A stretch of DNA of 64,000 bases from assembly GCA_026391215.1 (NCBI GenBank), contig JAPLDX010000058.1, positions 32,001 through 96,000 on the forward strand, read 5' to 3'. Source of the stretch: Bacteroidia bacterium (lineage in GTDB: Bacteria > Bacteroidota > Bacteroidia > Bacteroidales > VadinHA17). The translations under genes and the position numbers were made by a program. Below the pieces are notes generated by a model. That model was not told where the DNA came from. It did no database searches and worked only from the letters and a program-made list of their open reading frames with translations. Within the stretch, counting starts at the first letter, position 1, and every line of letters starts with the position of its first letter. Shown here in pieces: positions 19,326 to 29,653 of the stretch.

Positions 19326-19915
19326 TTCTTTCCTTCGTCCGGTGGAATTTTTCCGGCTTTATTAAATGCTGTCATGGTGAGCTCAGTGCCAGCGGTGGCA
19401 AAGGACTTTATCATCTCAATGACAATCTCAATTCTTGTATCCAGGAATTTCTTTTCCTCTGCATCCCATATTCCGAGGACATAGTTAACCTGTGTACCTT
19501 TCCGGAAACTGTTTCCGATACCTATTCTGATCCTTGCATATTCATTTGTTGCAAGAATATTACTTATATGTGCAAGACCGTTATGGCCTCCATCACTTCC
19601 TTTCGGTCTCATTCTTATGCTGCCGAGCAGAAGCGCTAGATCGTCAACAATGACCAGCAGGTTTTCAACCGGGATCTTCTCTTTCTTCAACCAGTATCTT
19701 ACAGCATTGCCACTGAGATTCATATAGGTTGATGGTTTGAGGAGTATCAGCTCTCTGCCTTTGTATTTTACGGGGCAGACTGATCCGTATCGCTTATCTG
19801 CAAAAAAAGCATTGGATGCCACTGCCATAGCATCCAATACCATAAATCCTATATTATGCCGGGTATCAGCGTACCCTTCACCAATGTTTCCCAGGCCAAC
19901 TATCAGGTATTTCAT
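19322..19915 (-). CDS. pth: Peptidyl-tRNA hydrolase
   Basis: [30 protein letters not shown]. Confidence 0.97.
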   Translation of the reverse strand: MKYLIVGLGNIGEGYADTRHNIGFMVLDAMAVASNAFFADKRYGSVCPVKYKGRELILLKPSTYMNLSGNAVRYWLKKEKIPVENLLVIVDDLALLLGSIRMRPKGSDGGHNGLAHISNILATNEYARIRIGIGNSFRKGTQVNYVLGIWDAEEKKFLDTRIEIVIEMIKSFATAGTELTMTAFNKAGKIPPDEGKK

Positions 19916-19939
19916 TGCGCCTGAATATTAAAAAGATGG

Positions 19940-20650
19940 TTATTTTTTCTCTTTCTCCTTATCCTTATCCTTCTCCTTGCCTTTTCCCTTCTCCTTATCT
20001 TTTTCAGCGCCAGGAGTTTCAGCAGTTGCTTCAGCTCCTTCAACTCCTTCAGCGGCGGCGGCGGCAGCGGCAGCTTCTGCTGCTTCTTCTTCTTCAGTCT
20101 TCAGTGCGACACGTGATGTTGCAACTGTAACGACTGTGGTTATTTTGGGATCGATAAGTTCTATCTTATCAAAAGAAAGATCCTGAACTTTGATAGAGTG
20201 GGCTATTTTCAGGTTAGTCACATCAATCACCAGGTCTTCAGGAAGGTTTTCTGCCAGTCCTTTAACTTTCAGATGTCTTTTCTTAACTATCAGCTTGCCT
20301 CCAGTTTTAACACCTTCAGCATCACCAATGATAGTTACAGGAACATTAATGATTACAGGTTTGTTATCAAAAATCTGTACAAAATCGGCATGAATCAGTT
20401 TGTCAGTCACAGGATGGAACTGCGTATCTTGCAGAACAGCATTATATTCCTGATTATCAATGTTAAGCTTTACGAGGTGAGCTTCATGCGTGTAGATAAG
20501 ATTCCTGAAACTGTTTTCATGTGCAAAGAAGTGTACATTATTCTCCTTCATGTATATTACACATGGTATGTTCCCTAATTTCCTGATTTGTTTGGTGTCT
20601 TTCTTGCCCAGTTCTTTTCTGAGCGATCCTTTGATTTCTATTGTCTTCAT
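19940..20650 (-). CDS. rplY: 50S ribosomal protein L25/Ctc with low-complexity tail
   Basis: IPCVIY, QFHPVTD...HADF; prs-rplY-pth synteny. Confidence 0.95.
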   Translation of the reverse strand: MKTIEIKGSLRKELGKKDTKQIRKLGNIPCVIYMKENNVHFFAHENSFRNLIYTHEAHLVKLNIDNQEYNAVLQDTQFHPVTDKLIHADFVQIFDNKPVIINVPVTIIGDAEGVKTGGKLIVKKRHLKVKGLAENLPEDLVIDVTNLKIAHSIKVQDLSFDKIELIDPKITTVVTVATSRVALKTEEEEAAEAAAAAAAAEGVEGAEATAETPGAEKDKEKGKGKEKDKDKEKEKK

Positions 20651-20741
20651 TATTAATATATTATTGTGCTACTCAAAGTTACCTTTTAAGTAACCTCCCA
20701 TTACACGTTAAAAAATCGGACGCAAATATATGACAAAGGAA

Positions 20742-21680
20742 TCAGAATACAAAATTTGTACTGATAGACTGGTTTGTAGTGACAGCCTGAATGGTTGTAG
20801 CAAAAATATCTGCCATTGACAGGATTTTTATTTTTTTTGAAGTATTAGTAAACGGTACGGAGTCGCTTACAACAAGTTCCTCAAGTGCAGAGTCGTTTAT
20901 CCTTTCGACGGCATTGCCTGAAAGTATCGGGTGGGTTGCAAAAGCCCTTATGCTTTCTGCTCCCCGGTCTTTCATCATGTTGGCTGCCAGCACAAGAGTA
21001 CTTGCTGTATCAACCATATCATCGATGATTACAACATTCTTACCTTCAACATCACCGATAATCGACATTTCTTCGACTACATTAGGTTTCTTCCTGAGCT
21101 TGTAGCACAGGACCATTTCTGACTGCAGATACCGGGAATATGCATTGGCTCTTTTCGAACCTCCCATATCGGGAGCCGACACAGTAAGATTTTTCAGGTT
21201 AAGTTTTTCAATATATGGCGCAAATATTGCAGATCCGAAAAGATGGTCAACAGGGACATTAAAGAATCCCTGAATCTGGTCAGCATGAAGGTCCATCGTT
21301 ATTACCCTGTCAACGCCGGCAGTACTGAGCAGGTCAGCAGATAATTTTGATCCAATCGATACCCTTGGGCGGTCCTTCCTGTCCTGGCGGGCAAAACCAT
21401 AATATGGGATAACAGCTATAACTTTATATGCAGAGGCTCTTTTTGCGGCATCAATCATCAGCAAGAGTTCAAACATGTTCTCGGCCGGTGGATTGGTAGA
21501 CTGAATTATAAATACCATGTCACCTCTGACAGATTCATCAAAACAAGGTTGAAACTCTCCGTCACTGAAGCAGGTGACCGAGCTTTTACCGAGTTCTACA
21601 CCCAGGCTATTGGCAATCTTTTCAGCAAGAAGCCTGGATGATCTGCATGAAAAGATTTTTAAGGGAGCTTTTCCGAACAT
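20742..21680 (-). CDS. prs: Ribose-phosphate pyrophosphokinase
   Basis: FSDGE, PYYGFARQDR, DLHADQIQGFF, DDMVDTA. Confidence 0.97.
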   Translation of the reverse strand: MFGKAPLKIFSCRSSRLLAEKIANSLGVELGKSSVTCFSDGEFQPCFDESVRGDMVFIIQSTNPPAENMFELLLMIDAAKRASAYKVIAVIPYYGFARQDRKDRPRVSIGSKLSADLLSTAGVDRVITMDLHADQIQGFFNVPVDHLFGSAIFAPYIEKLNLKNLTVSAPDMGGSKRANAYSRYLQSEMVLCYKLRKKPNVVEEMSIIGDVEGKNVVIIDDMVDTASTLVLAANMMKDRGAESIRAFATHPILSGNAVERINDSALEELVVSDSVPFTNTSKKIKILSMADIFATTIQAVTTNQSISTNFVF

Positions 21681-21729
21681 TTCCTGTTATATTTTAGCTG
21701 TTAGTCAATGAAAGTCTCTGCAAAATTAA

Positions 21730-22353
21730 TTATTCCTTTTTATATCTTACCTCATTTGATAACTTGTTCAAAGATTCTTCAATAAAGTCCAGAATCTCCT
21801 CCCTTCCGGTTTTTTTAACTGCCGATGCGATAAAAGTTACCGGAAGCGTTTCCCAGTTCTTCAGCATTTCATCATCATATTGCTGAATGGATTTTTTCAG
21901 TGCACTTTGACTTATCTTGTCAGCCTTAGTGAAAACCCTGGCCAATGGCACATGGCTGCGGCCAAGAAACTCCATGAAATCAATATCCTGTTTCTGTGGT
22001 ATAAGCCTGGAGTCAAGGAGCACAAAAAGACATGCAAGGTTCTCTCTTTTAAGGATGTATTCCCTGGAAGCCTCTGTCCATTTATCCCTCATCTTAGCAG
22101 GTACTTTTGCATATCCATAACCAGGAAGATCCACAAGATACCATTTGTCATTGATCAGGAAGTGATTTATTGTTCGGGTTTTACCTGGCTGTCCGGAGAT
22201 CTTTGCCAGCTTCGACCAGCCGGTGAGCATATTTATAAGTGAAGATTTACCGACATTTGAGCGACCTATAAATCCGAATTCCGGTCTGTCCGGAGAAGGG
22301 CACTGTTTTAATGCCGGACTGCTTCTTATGTAAGTAGCTGAACGTATTATCAT
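21730..22353 (-). CDS. engB: Ribosome biogenesis GTPase YihA/EngB
   Basis: GRSNVGKSS, PGKT, DLPGYG, TKADK. Confidence 0.96.
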   Translation of the reverse strand: MIIRSATYIRSSPALKQCPSPDRPEFGFIGRSNVGKSSLINMLTGWSKLAKISGQPGKTRTINHFLINDKWYLVDLPGYGYAKVPAKMRDKWTEASREYILKRENLACLFVLLDSRLIPQKQDIDFMEFLGRSHVPLARVFTKADKISQSALKKSIQQYDDEMLKNWETLPVTFIASAVKKTGREEILDFIEESLNKLSNEVRYKKE

Positions 22354-22362
22354 GTTGAAAGG

Positions 22363-23133
22363 CTAGTTCAGATCATTATATGGAAGGTCAATTTTCTTAT
22401 AAATCAGATTCCGGTTCCCAAACTGAGTTATGACTTCGGCAATTACCCCCACATATCCTTGTTTAACAGTACCTGTTTTTCTCAGATCCAGTGATGATTT
22501 GCCATTAACAACATTTAATTTCTGAATCCGGGTCGTATCAAAACGGCCATCAGTAAATTCACCGCGATAGAATTTAACCTTCGATGTCTTATCCGACATT
22601 TCAAGTCCGATCTTGTATGTACCTTTTGATCCGTATTCATCCCGGATATTCGTAACTATTTCCGGATAGCCTCCGATGCGGCTTCCATTTGTATTATATT
22701 CCTCCAGCAAGGGAGTACGTAATCCCTTGTTGAATCCTATTCTAGCCTTCACCTTACCTGTCCTGTAGTACTGCCTCTGAATTCCATCAATAGTATCATG
22801 TTTATATGGAGTAGTCCTGTAGACCTGGCCTTCCAGATAATAATATCCCGATGAATCTTCTCTTAGGCCGTTTTCATACCAGAAAGTCTGATACAACTGT
22901 CCTCCCTGGTAATATGTTTTCATCAATCCGTCACGAACTCCGTTTTTGAATGTCACTTCTTTCAGCAAAAGATTATTGCTGAAATATTGCTTGATTCCAG
23001 TGTATCCAGTATCAGAAACAGTGACAGTATCATTTTCAGCAGAAAGATCCTTCTTATGTGAACCCTTCCCTGTGCACCCTGCAACAATAATCACAGCCGC
23101 TAATATTAAAAATGGAGTTTTAAATCTGTTCAT
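22363..23133 (-). CDS. Lipoprotein with MORN-variant (YwqK-like) repeats
   Basis: Lipobox VAGC; repeats like FKNGVRDGLMKTYY. Confidence 0.75.
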   Translation of the reverse strand: MNRFKTPFLILAAVIIVAGCTGKGSHKKDLSAENDTVTVSDTGYTGIKQYFSNNLLLKEVTFKNGVRDGLMKTYYQGGQLYQTFWYENGLREDSSGYYYLEGQVYRTTPYKHDTIDGIQRQYYRTGKVKARIGFNKGLRTPLLEEYNTNGSRIGGYPEIVTNIRDEYGSKGTYKIGLEMSDKTSKVKFYRGEFTDGRFDTTRIQKLNVVNGKSSLDLRKTGTVKQGYVGVIAEVITQFGNRNLIYKKIDLPYNDLN

Positions 23134-23138
23134 ATCAG

Positions 23139-24149
23139 TTATTTATTTGATTTGAAATGAGTTATGTCAGTATTTATAAATACTTCAAGTATCCTGGATT
23201 CCATGAGGGGTTCAAGGACAACATCTTTTATCATTGCCGGAAGAAGTACTGTTTCTCCCTTTGTGACAGGTTCGGAGTTGCCTTCCCAGCGGATCATGAA
23301 CTCCCCTTCCATACAGATGTAAATGATAAAAGAATCGAATAAGTTATAATCTTTTATTATACGGTTATTGAAGCTGATCAGATTTGTATTGAAGAATTCA
23401 CAGTTTATAAGATTTTCAGTCCTGTTCAGTAGAGGTTCTTTTACGATCCCGGCTTTACCGGAAGCTTTAAAATCTATTGCATCAAGTGCAAGATCAGTAT
23501 GCAGTTCCCTTGGTTTCCCATTGTATCCCAATCTGTTCCAGTCAAAGATCCTGTAAGTTATATCTGAAGTCTGCTGTATTTCAACAAGAAGACTTCCTGC
23601 TCCAATAGCATGTACTCTCCCTGCCGGGGTAAAAAAAATATCTCCTGCTTTTGGAGTCTCAATATTCAGCAGTCCGGCAAGCTCCCCTCTGCTTAATGCG
23701 TCAAGGTACATCTCCCTGGTAATATTTTCCTTAAATCCTGTATATATTTTTGAATCTTTTTCGCTTTCCAGTATATACCACATTTCGGTCTTCCCGTAAG
23801 CTTTGTGACGCTCCCTGGCCAGTTCATTCGATGGATGCACCTGGATTGAAAGGTCTTCCCTGGCCTCAATGAATTTAATGAGGAGCGGAAACTCATTGCC
23901 GTACTTCTCAAAAACCTCTTCACCGATCAGATCACCCATGTAGACTTCTACCAGTTCTTCTATATTATTTCCTGCAAGGAATCCGTTACTCACCACTGAA
24001 AGATTGTCTGAGATTGCCGAAAGTTCCCAGCTCTCACCTAATTTCAGTGAAGGATCTCCATTCTTGTGGTAAGTAGTAACAAGTTTGTTTCCTCCCCACA
24101 CTTTCTCTTTAAGGACTGGTTCAAATTTTAATGGATATAATTCTGACAT
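23139..24149 (-). CDS. manA: Mannose-6-phosphate isomerase, class I
   Basis: GESWELS, PLLIKF, LSIQVHP, GKTEMW, VHAIG, EIQQTSD. Confidence 0.95.
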   Translation of the reverse strand: MSELYPLKFEPVLKEKVWGGNKLVTTYHKNGDPSLKLGESWELSAISDNLSVVSNGFLAGNNIEELVEVYMGDLIGEEVFEKYGNEFPLLIKFIEAREDLSIQVHPSNELARERHKAYGKTEMWYILESEKDSKIYTGFKENITREMYLDALSRGELAGLLNIETPKAGDIFFTPAGRVHAIGAGSLLVEIQQTSDITYRIFDWNRLGYNGKPRELHTDLALDAIDFKASGKAGIVKEPLLNRTENLINCEFFNTNLISFNNRIIKDYNLFDSFIIYICMEGEFMIRWEGNSEPVTKGETVLLPAMIKDVVLEPLMESRILEVFINTDITHFKSNK

Positions 24150-24228
24150 TGATGGGGGCAGGTAAGTTAGCTCACTCGAAACTTTTAATTATTTTTGATA
24201 ATTATTATTACTACAAAATTACTAATAA

Positions 24229-24849
24229 ATGCTGATAGTAGGAATAGCAGGAGGTACCGGTTCGGGAAAAACCACAGTTGTCCGGAAGCTGATGAATGTG
24301 TTTCCCAGTAATCAGGTTATTGTGATGCCGCAGGATGCCTATTACAAGGATAATGGCCATATATCTCTTGAAGAGAGACAAAAGATAAATTTTGATCATC
24401 CTGACTCAGTTGAATTTTCTCTTCTTATTGAACATCTGAAGCAGCTCAGAAAGGGGAAATCGGTCGAAATGCCCATATATTCCTATCTTACCTGCCTTAG
24501 ATCAGAAGAGACAATTACAGTAAAGCCTGCAAAGGTTGTGCTTGTTGAGGGGATACTGATCCTTTGCGACAAAGGATTAAGAGACATGCTTGATATCAAG
24601 GTTTTTGTGGATGCAGATGCCGATGACCGCTTGGGACGGGTCATTAAACGCGACATCGATGAACGCGGCCGTGATATTCACATGGTGCTTGACAGATATC
24701 ATGAAACAGTTAAACCATCTCATCTCCAGTTTATTGAGCCTTCAAAACGATATGCCGACATCATTATACCGGGAGGAGGAGAGAACCAGGTCGGAATAGA
24801 AGTTCTTGTAACAATAATTGAAAAACATCTTATAAGAAAAAAATCATAG
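24229..24849 (+). CDS. udk: Uridine kinase
   Basis: GIAGGTGSGKTT, INFDHP, VEGIL, FIEPSKRYADIIIP. Confidence 0.96.
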   Translation: MLIVGIAGGTGSGKTTVVRKLMNVFPSNQVIVMPQDAYYKDNGHISLEERQKINFDHPDSVEFSLLIEHLKQLRKGKSVEMPIYSYLTCLRSEETITVKPAKVVLVEGILILCDKGLRDMLDIKVFVDADADDRLGRVIKRDIDERGRDIHMVLDRYHETVKPSHLQFIEPSKRYADIIIPGGGENQVGIEVLVTIIEKHLIRKKS

Positions 24850-24851
24850 CC

Positions 24852-25577
24852 ATGCTTGATACCATCAGAATTGAAGATATTATGTTTCTAGATATAGAAA
24901 CGATTCCCCAGGCACCTTCACCGGATAAATTGGATCCGGCATTGCAGGTCCTTTGGGATAAAAAATCAAAATTGTTCCGGTCGCCTGAACAATCAGCCGA
25001 AGAAGTATATGAGAGAGCAGGCATTTATTCAGAGTTCGGAAAGATAATCTGCATATCTGTGGGATTCATCAGGGAAAGAAATCCATTTGGCTTCAGGATC
25101 AAATCTTTTTACGGGGATGATGAAAAAACTCTTCTCACAGAATTTTCCGGAGTATTATCAAAGTTTTCAAAATCGAGCAAAGAGGCACAGTTATGTGCAC
25201 ATAACGGCAGGGAGTTCGATTTCCCGTACATTGCCAGAAGGATGATCATTAACAGCCTGGTAATACCTGAAATACTCGATAATGCAGGTAAGAAACCGTG
25301 GGAGATCAAGCTCCTTGATACAATGGACCTATGGAAATTCGGCGACTATAAGAATTATACATCACTGGATCTCCTGGCAACCATACTCGGTATACCATCA
25401 CCCAAGGGTGAGACTGATGGAAGCATGGTTAGCAGTATCTATTACAATGACAGGGACCTTCCAAGGATCGTCAGGTATTGTGAGAAAGATGTGTTGACGA
25501 TAGCCCGGGTGCTCCTCAGATTCAGGAATTTGCCGGGAATATCTGATGACAGGGTCGAATCAGTAACAGCGTTTTGA
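24852..25577 (+). CDS. 3'-5' exonuclease (PolB-exo-like, DEDD)
   Basis: LDIET, HNGREFDFPY, DTMDLW, YCEKDV. Confidence 0.9.
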   Translation: MLDTIRIEDIMFLDIETIPQAPSPDKLDPALQVLWDKKSKLFRSPEQSAEEVYERAGIYSEFGKIICISVGFIRERNPFGFRIKSFYGDDEKTLLTEFSGVLSKFSKSSKEAQLCAHNGREFDFPYIARRMIINSLVIPEILDNAGKKPWEIKLLDTMDLWKFGDYKNYTSLDLLATILGIPSPKGETDGSMVSSIYYNDRDLPRIVRYCEKDVLTIARVLLRFRNLPGISDDRVESVTAF

Positions 25578-25617
25578 ACACGTACTCACCCCATGCCTAC
25601 CGCAGGCAGACCTTCTC

Positions 25618-25700
25618 TTCCCCATACTGTGCCCGGCTAGAAAGAATTTTCTGAGCCTGAGTTCATCAGCAAGTTCAAGAAGATCGCTTGTCATGGACGG
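25618..25700 (-). pseudogene. Fragment of a YbfF-like alpha/beta hydrolase
   Basis: Reads PSMTSDLLELADELRLRKFFLAGHSMG directly after the pdxJ stop; GxSxG elbow at 25620-25634, then breaks into REP-like sequence. Confidence 0.65.
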
Positions 25701-26417
25701 TTAATCTGCCAGCTGCCGTTTATACATCTGAATGGTATTCTCGAGACCCAGGTAAAGTGCATCTGAAATAAGCGCATGGCCAATTGAAACCTCAAGGAGC
25801 CATGGTATATTCTTATGGAAGTAACGAAGGTTATCAAGGTTCAGATCATGACCTGCATTGAGTCCGAGGCCGGCATCCCTGGCAATGACGGCAGCCCTGA
25901 CAAACGGGCTGACAGCTTCGGTAGCATTTTTAGTAAAGCCGGAAGCGAAAGGTTCTGTATAAAGTTCAATCCTGTCGGTGCCGGTCAGGGCAGCATTTTC
26001 AACATTTACAGTTTCAGTGTCAATGAACAACGATGTTCTTATTCCTTCCTTTTTAAAGGTAGAAACAACATCAGTAAGGAAATTCCTGTATTTCAATATA
26101 TCCCACCCGGCATTTGATGTAATTGCGTCATGCCTGTCCGGAACCAGAGTCACCTGGTGGGGTTTAACTGAAAGCACAAGGTCAATAAAGCTCTCAGTGG
26201 GATTCCCTTCTATATTGAACTCGGTTTTAATGATAGGTCTTATCTCAAGCACATCCTTATATCTGATGTGTCGCTCATCAGGCCTTGGATGTACCGTTAT
26301 TCCATCAGCGCCATAAACCTGGCAGTTTATTGCAGCATTCAGTACATTCGGAATGTTTCCGCCTCTTGCATTGCGCAATGTTGCTATCTTATTTATGTTA
26401 ACGCTTAATTTTGTCAT
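25701..26417 (-). CDS. pdxJ: Pyridoxine 5'-phosphate synthase
   Basis: [47 protein letters not shown]. Confidence 0.97.
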   Translation of the reverse strand: MTKLSVNINKIATLRNARGGNIPNVLNAAINCQVYGADGITVHPRPDERHIRYKDVLEIRPIIKTEFNIEGNPTESFIDLVLSVKPHQVTLVPDRHDAITSNAGWDILKYRNFLTDVVSTFKKEGIRTSLFIDTETVNVENAALTGTDRIELYTEPFASGFTKNATEAVSPFVRAAVIARDAGLGLNAGHDLNLDNLRYFHKNIPWLLEVSIGHALISDALYLGLENTIQMYKRQLAD

Positions 26418-26510
26418 ATACTAAAATGTATTGTTTATCCGTATTGTAATAGTAATGCAAAATTAACAGAACTGGCAATTTTTTATTATTTTAGATGAAA
26501 ATTAAGCAAA

Positions 26511-27176
26511 ATGATCGCTAATGATCTGATATCTGAAATTATTCCTTCCCTGAAAACATCAGACACAGGACAGACAGCTTTGAACTGGATGGAAATATTC
26601 AGGATATCACATCTGCCGATCGTGAACAATCAGGATTTCCTCGGATTGATATCCGATACGGATATTTACGACATGAATCAGCCTGAAGAACCAATAGGTA
26701 ATCATGAACTTACATTGCTGAAACCATATGTGACAGATAACCAGCACCTCTTCGAAGTTATTGGTCTTGCAGCCAGGCTTAAGCTTTCTGTAGTGCCGGT
26801 TCTGGATAACGACAACCGCTATAAAGGAGTGATCACCTCAAGTGATCTTATCAGGCATATTGCCGGAATATCATCGATGGATCAGCCTGGAGGAATCATC
26901 GTTCTTGAGCTTATAGAAAGAGATTATTCACTTTCGCAGATTGCCCAGATTGTCGAAAGCAACAGTACAAAAGTTCTGAGTATGTACATTACATCTCCTG
27001 CGGAATCAACAAGGTTGGAGGTAACGCTGAAAGTGAATACAACAGATCTGCTTGCCCTTATTAAAACATTTGAAAGATACAATTATGATGTTAAAACCTG
27101 GGTAACCACCAATGATTCAATTGACAGGTTCTATTCAGAAAGATTTGACCTTTTAATGAAGTATCTTAATATCTGA
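26511..27176 (+). CDS. CBS domain protein with C-terminal ACT-like domain
   Basis: Two CBS repeats (HLPIV, VVPVLD), DYSLSQIAQIVES. Confidence 0.85.
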   Translation: MIANDLISEIIPSLKTSDTGQTALNWMEIFRISHLPIVNNQDFLGLISDTDIYDMNQPEEPIGNHELTLLKPYVTDNQHLFEVIGLAARLKLSVVPVLDNDNRYKGVITSSDLIRHIAGISSMDQPGGIIVLELIERDYSLSQIAQIVESNSTKVLSMYITSPAESTRLEVTLKVNTTDLLALIKTFERYNYDVKTWVTTNDSIDRFYSERFDLLMKYLNI

Positions 27177-27182
27177 TAGTTA

Positions 27183-28061
27183 ATGCTGAGGAAAATTGCT
27201 ATTTTCAGTAAGGATAATAATCCAAAAACGAGAGATGGAGTACAAAATCTTATCAATGAGTGCTGCAGAAGGGGCATTATAGTACAACTCTCTCACAAGT
27301 CCGGAGGAGTTTCTGTAAAATATAAGGGAGATATAGCTGAACAGTTCAGCAACCTGTCGGATTTGAAAGATCTGCCTGATATGGTACTGAGTGTGGGAGG
27401 AGATGGCACATTCCTTGAAACGGTTCTGAAAGTAAAGGACCTGGGAATACCGGTTGCCGGGGTCAATACCGGCAGGATGGGATTCCTGGCGAACATCCCC
27501 GGGGAAGAGATAAGCAATTCAATAGATCTTCTATGCAAGAATGAATTTGAAATAGTTGAAAGATCTCTTCTTCAGATAACCGGCCCTTCCGGACTATTCG
27601 AAGGAGAGCCTTCAATAGCGCTGAATGAGATTACGATTCAGAAATCAAGCGTCAGCATGATAACAATAAATGTCTATGTTGATGAGGTTTATCTCAATAC
27701 TTACTGGGCTGACGGATTGATAATTTCAACAGCTACAGGTTCGACTGCATATAACCTCAGTGTGGGCGGTCCGATCCTGTCACCTGATGATGAGAGCATG
27801 ATTATTTCTCCTATTTCACCGCATAATCTTACTATAAGGCCAATTGTCCTGTCTGGCAACAGTAAATTAAAAATGGTTATGGAAGCCAGGGCTGATGAAT
27901 ACCTGGTAACATGCGATTTCAGGTATAAGAAACTACCCCTCAGCAAAGAGATCCTTATTGAAAAAGCCGGATCAAAGCTGAAAACAGTTATGCTCAAAGA
28001 CAGGGATTTTTACAGTACGCTGAGAAACAGGCTCATGTGGGGAGTTGATAAGCGAAACTGA
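27183..28061 (+). CDS. nadK: NAD kinase
   Basis: GGDGTFL, GRMGFL, NE, ADGLIISTATGSTAYNLSVGGP. Confidence 0.96.
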   Translation: MLRKIAIFSKDNNPKTRDGVQNLINECCRRGIIVQLSHKSGGVSVKYKGDIAEQFSNLSDLKDLPDMVLSVGGDGTFLETVLKVKDLGIPVAGVNTGRMGFLANIPGEEISNSIDLLCKNEFEIVERSLLQITGPSGLFEGEPSIALNEITIQKSSVSMITINVYVDEVYLNTYWADGLIISTATGSTAYNLSVGGPILSPDDESMIISPISPHNLTIRPIVLSGNSKLKMVMEARADEYLVTCDFRYKKLPLSKEILIEKAGSKLKTVMLKDRDFYSTLRNRLMWGVDKRN

Positions 28062-28203
28062 TTAATCTTATATCAGCCTCTAAGATTGTATAATATGCAC
28101 ATTCATATTCATATGCCGGATTTTTATAATTAATTTTGAGTGGATTAGATACCCTAAAAATTAGATTATTATATTTGTATCAGCATCAAAAATATTTTAT
28201 GTT

Positions 28204-28950
28204 ATGAAAAGGTGTGTTTTGATCATATTGATATTATGCTTTGCAGTTCCCTTTTCACATGCACAGCTGTGGAAAATGAGAAGATGGGAAGCGACCGGAG
28301 GTGCCGGCCCTTCATTTTTCTTTGGAGATATAGGAGGATTCTCACAATCCAAGAATATACTGGGGCTCCGTGACCTGACATACCTTCAGACCAGGTTCGA
28401 TGTCAACGGAAACCTGAAATTCAGGATTACTAGGGATATAAATATAAGACTTTGCCTGACCTACGCTCTTCTTCGTGCAAATGATGAACGGGGTTCCAAT
28501 GAAAGCAGGGGTTATGATGCCACAACATCTATTTTAGAACCGGCAGTGATAGGTGAATATTATTTTATCAAGAACAAGGCCGAAAACAGTTACCTGTTTA
28601 TAAAAGGCAAGCAACGTTTCATTTTTGAACTTCTGCAATCGCTTGACTTTTATGCCTTTGCAGGCTTCGGAGGTGTTTCTTATTCCGTGAAGGGGAATGA
28701 TGCGCTGATAACCCATGGTATGGAAACAGGCGGATTTTCAATGGTAATTCCGGCCGGGTTAGGCGCAACACTGATTTATTCACCAAACCTGAACTTCGGC
28801 GTTGAGGTTGGAGGCAGATATGCTTTTACAGATTATCTTGACGGCTATACTTCACAATATTCCAAGGCAAATGACGTTTATTATTTTTTGAATTTCACTG
28901 TCACCTACAAGCTGAAGACAGGGCCTAGAGGATTGCCCTCATTCAGATGA
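28204..28950 (+). CDS. DUF6089-like outer-membrane beta-barrel protein
   Basis: Signal peptide, FFGDIGG, RYAFTDYLDG, NDVYYF. Confidence 0.75.
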   Translation: MKRCVLIILILCFAVPFSHAQLWKMRRWEATGGAGPSFFFGDIGGFSQSKNILGLRDLTYLQTRFDVNGNLKFRITRDINIRLCLTYALLRANDERGSNESRGYDATTSILEPAVIGEYYFIKNKAENSYLFIKGKQRFIFELLQSLDFYAFAGFGGVSYSVKGNDALITHGMETGGFSMVIPAGLGATLIYSPNLNFGVEVGGRYAFTDYLDGYTSQYSKANDVYYFLNFTVTYKLKTGPRGLPSFR

Positions 28951-28968
28951 TAATGAGCCGGACAATTT

Positions 28969-29649
28969 TTGATGAAACGAGCACCTTGGATCTTCTTATT
29001 TTTCTGCTTTTCGATTACTGCCGCAGGACAGCGTAATTCTGACTATGGCATATTCGTCGGCGTCTCTTCTTACCTTGGAGATATTAATCCAAGCAGGCTC
29101 ATGTATTCACCACTTCCTGCCGGAGGCGCTTTCTACAGATATAACTTTCATCCCAGGCATGCAATCAGGGGCAATATTTTTTTCGGGGGGCTTAAGGGTG
29201 ATGACCTGGATTTCAAAAACAGCTTCCAGGTGAACAGGGCTGCATCATTCTCCGGCATGGTAGGAGAACTGGCCATCCAGTTTGAATTCAATTTTCTTCC
29301 TTATACTACAGAGGGCAAATTCTGGGATTTCTCGCCATATCTGGCTGCCGGAGCAGCTGTTACATACATAAATTCGACATCCCAGACTTTACAGCCGGCA
29401 ATACCATTTTCGTTAGGTTTTAAAGTTAATGTTTATAAAAATATGGGGCTTGAGGTTGAATATGGTTTTCGTAAAACATTTTATGATAACTTTGACGGCC
29501 TGAATGATATGGTCGCCCCGTCAGATTTTGCATGGCTGCATAATAATGACTGGTACTCATTCACAGGCATTGCTCTTACCTGGAAAATTTTTAATACTCT
29601 GGCCGGTTGTCCGACTTACAATGATGTGGATGGGAAGAGAAGACGATAA
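28969..29649 (+). CDS. porG: DUF6089/PorG-like beta-barrel T9SS-associated protein
   Basis: YLGDINP, RKTFYDNFDG, NNDWYSF, C-terminal CP; immediately upstream of uppS-bamA. Confidence 0.7.
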   Translation: MMKRAPWIFLFFCFSITAAGQRNSDYGIFVGVSSYLGDINPSRLMYSPLPAGGAFYRYNFHPRHAIRGNIFFGGLKGDDLDFKNSFQVNRAASFSGMVGELAIQFEFNFLPYTTEGKFWDFSPYLAAGAAVTYINSTSQTLQPAIPFSLGFKVNVYKNMGLEVEYGFRKTFYDNFDGLNDMVAPSDFAWLHNNDWYSFTGIALTWKIFNTLAGCPTYNDVDGKRRR

Positions 29650-29653
29650 AATT

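Noticed and set aside
20678-20694. GTTAC-N7-GTAAC inverted repeat upstream of rplY as a regulatory leader
   Set aside because: Too short and AT-rich to distinguish from chance without comparative data.
22363-23133. YwqK-type toxin-antitoxin module
   Set aside because: MORN-like repeats in a lipoprotein within a housekeeping operon, with no adjacent toxin.
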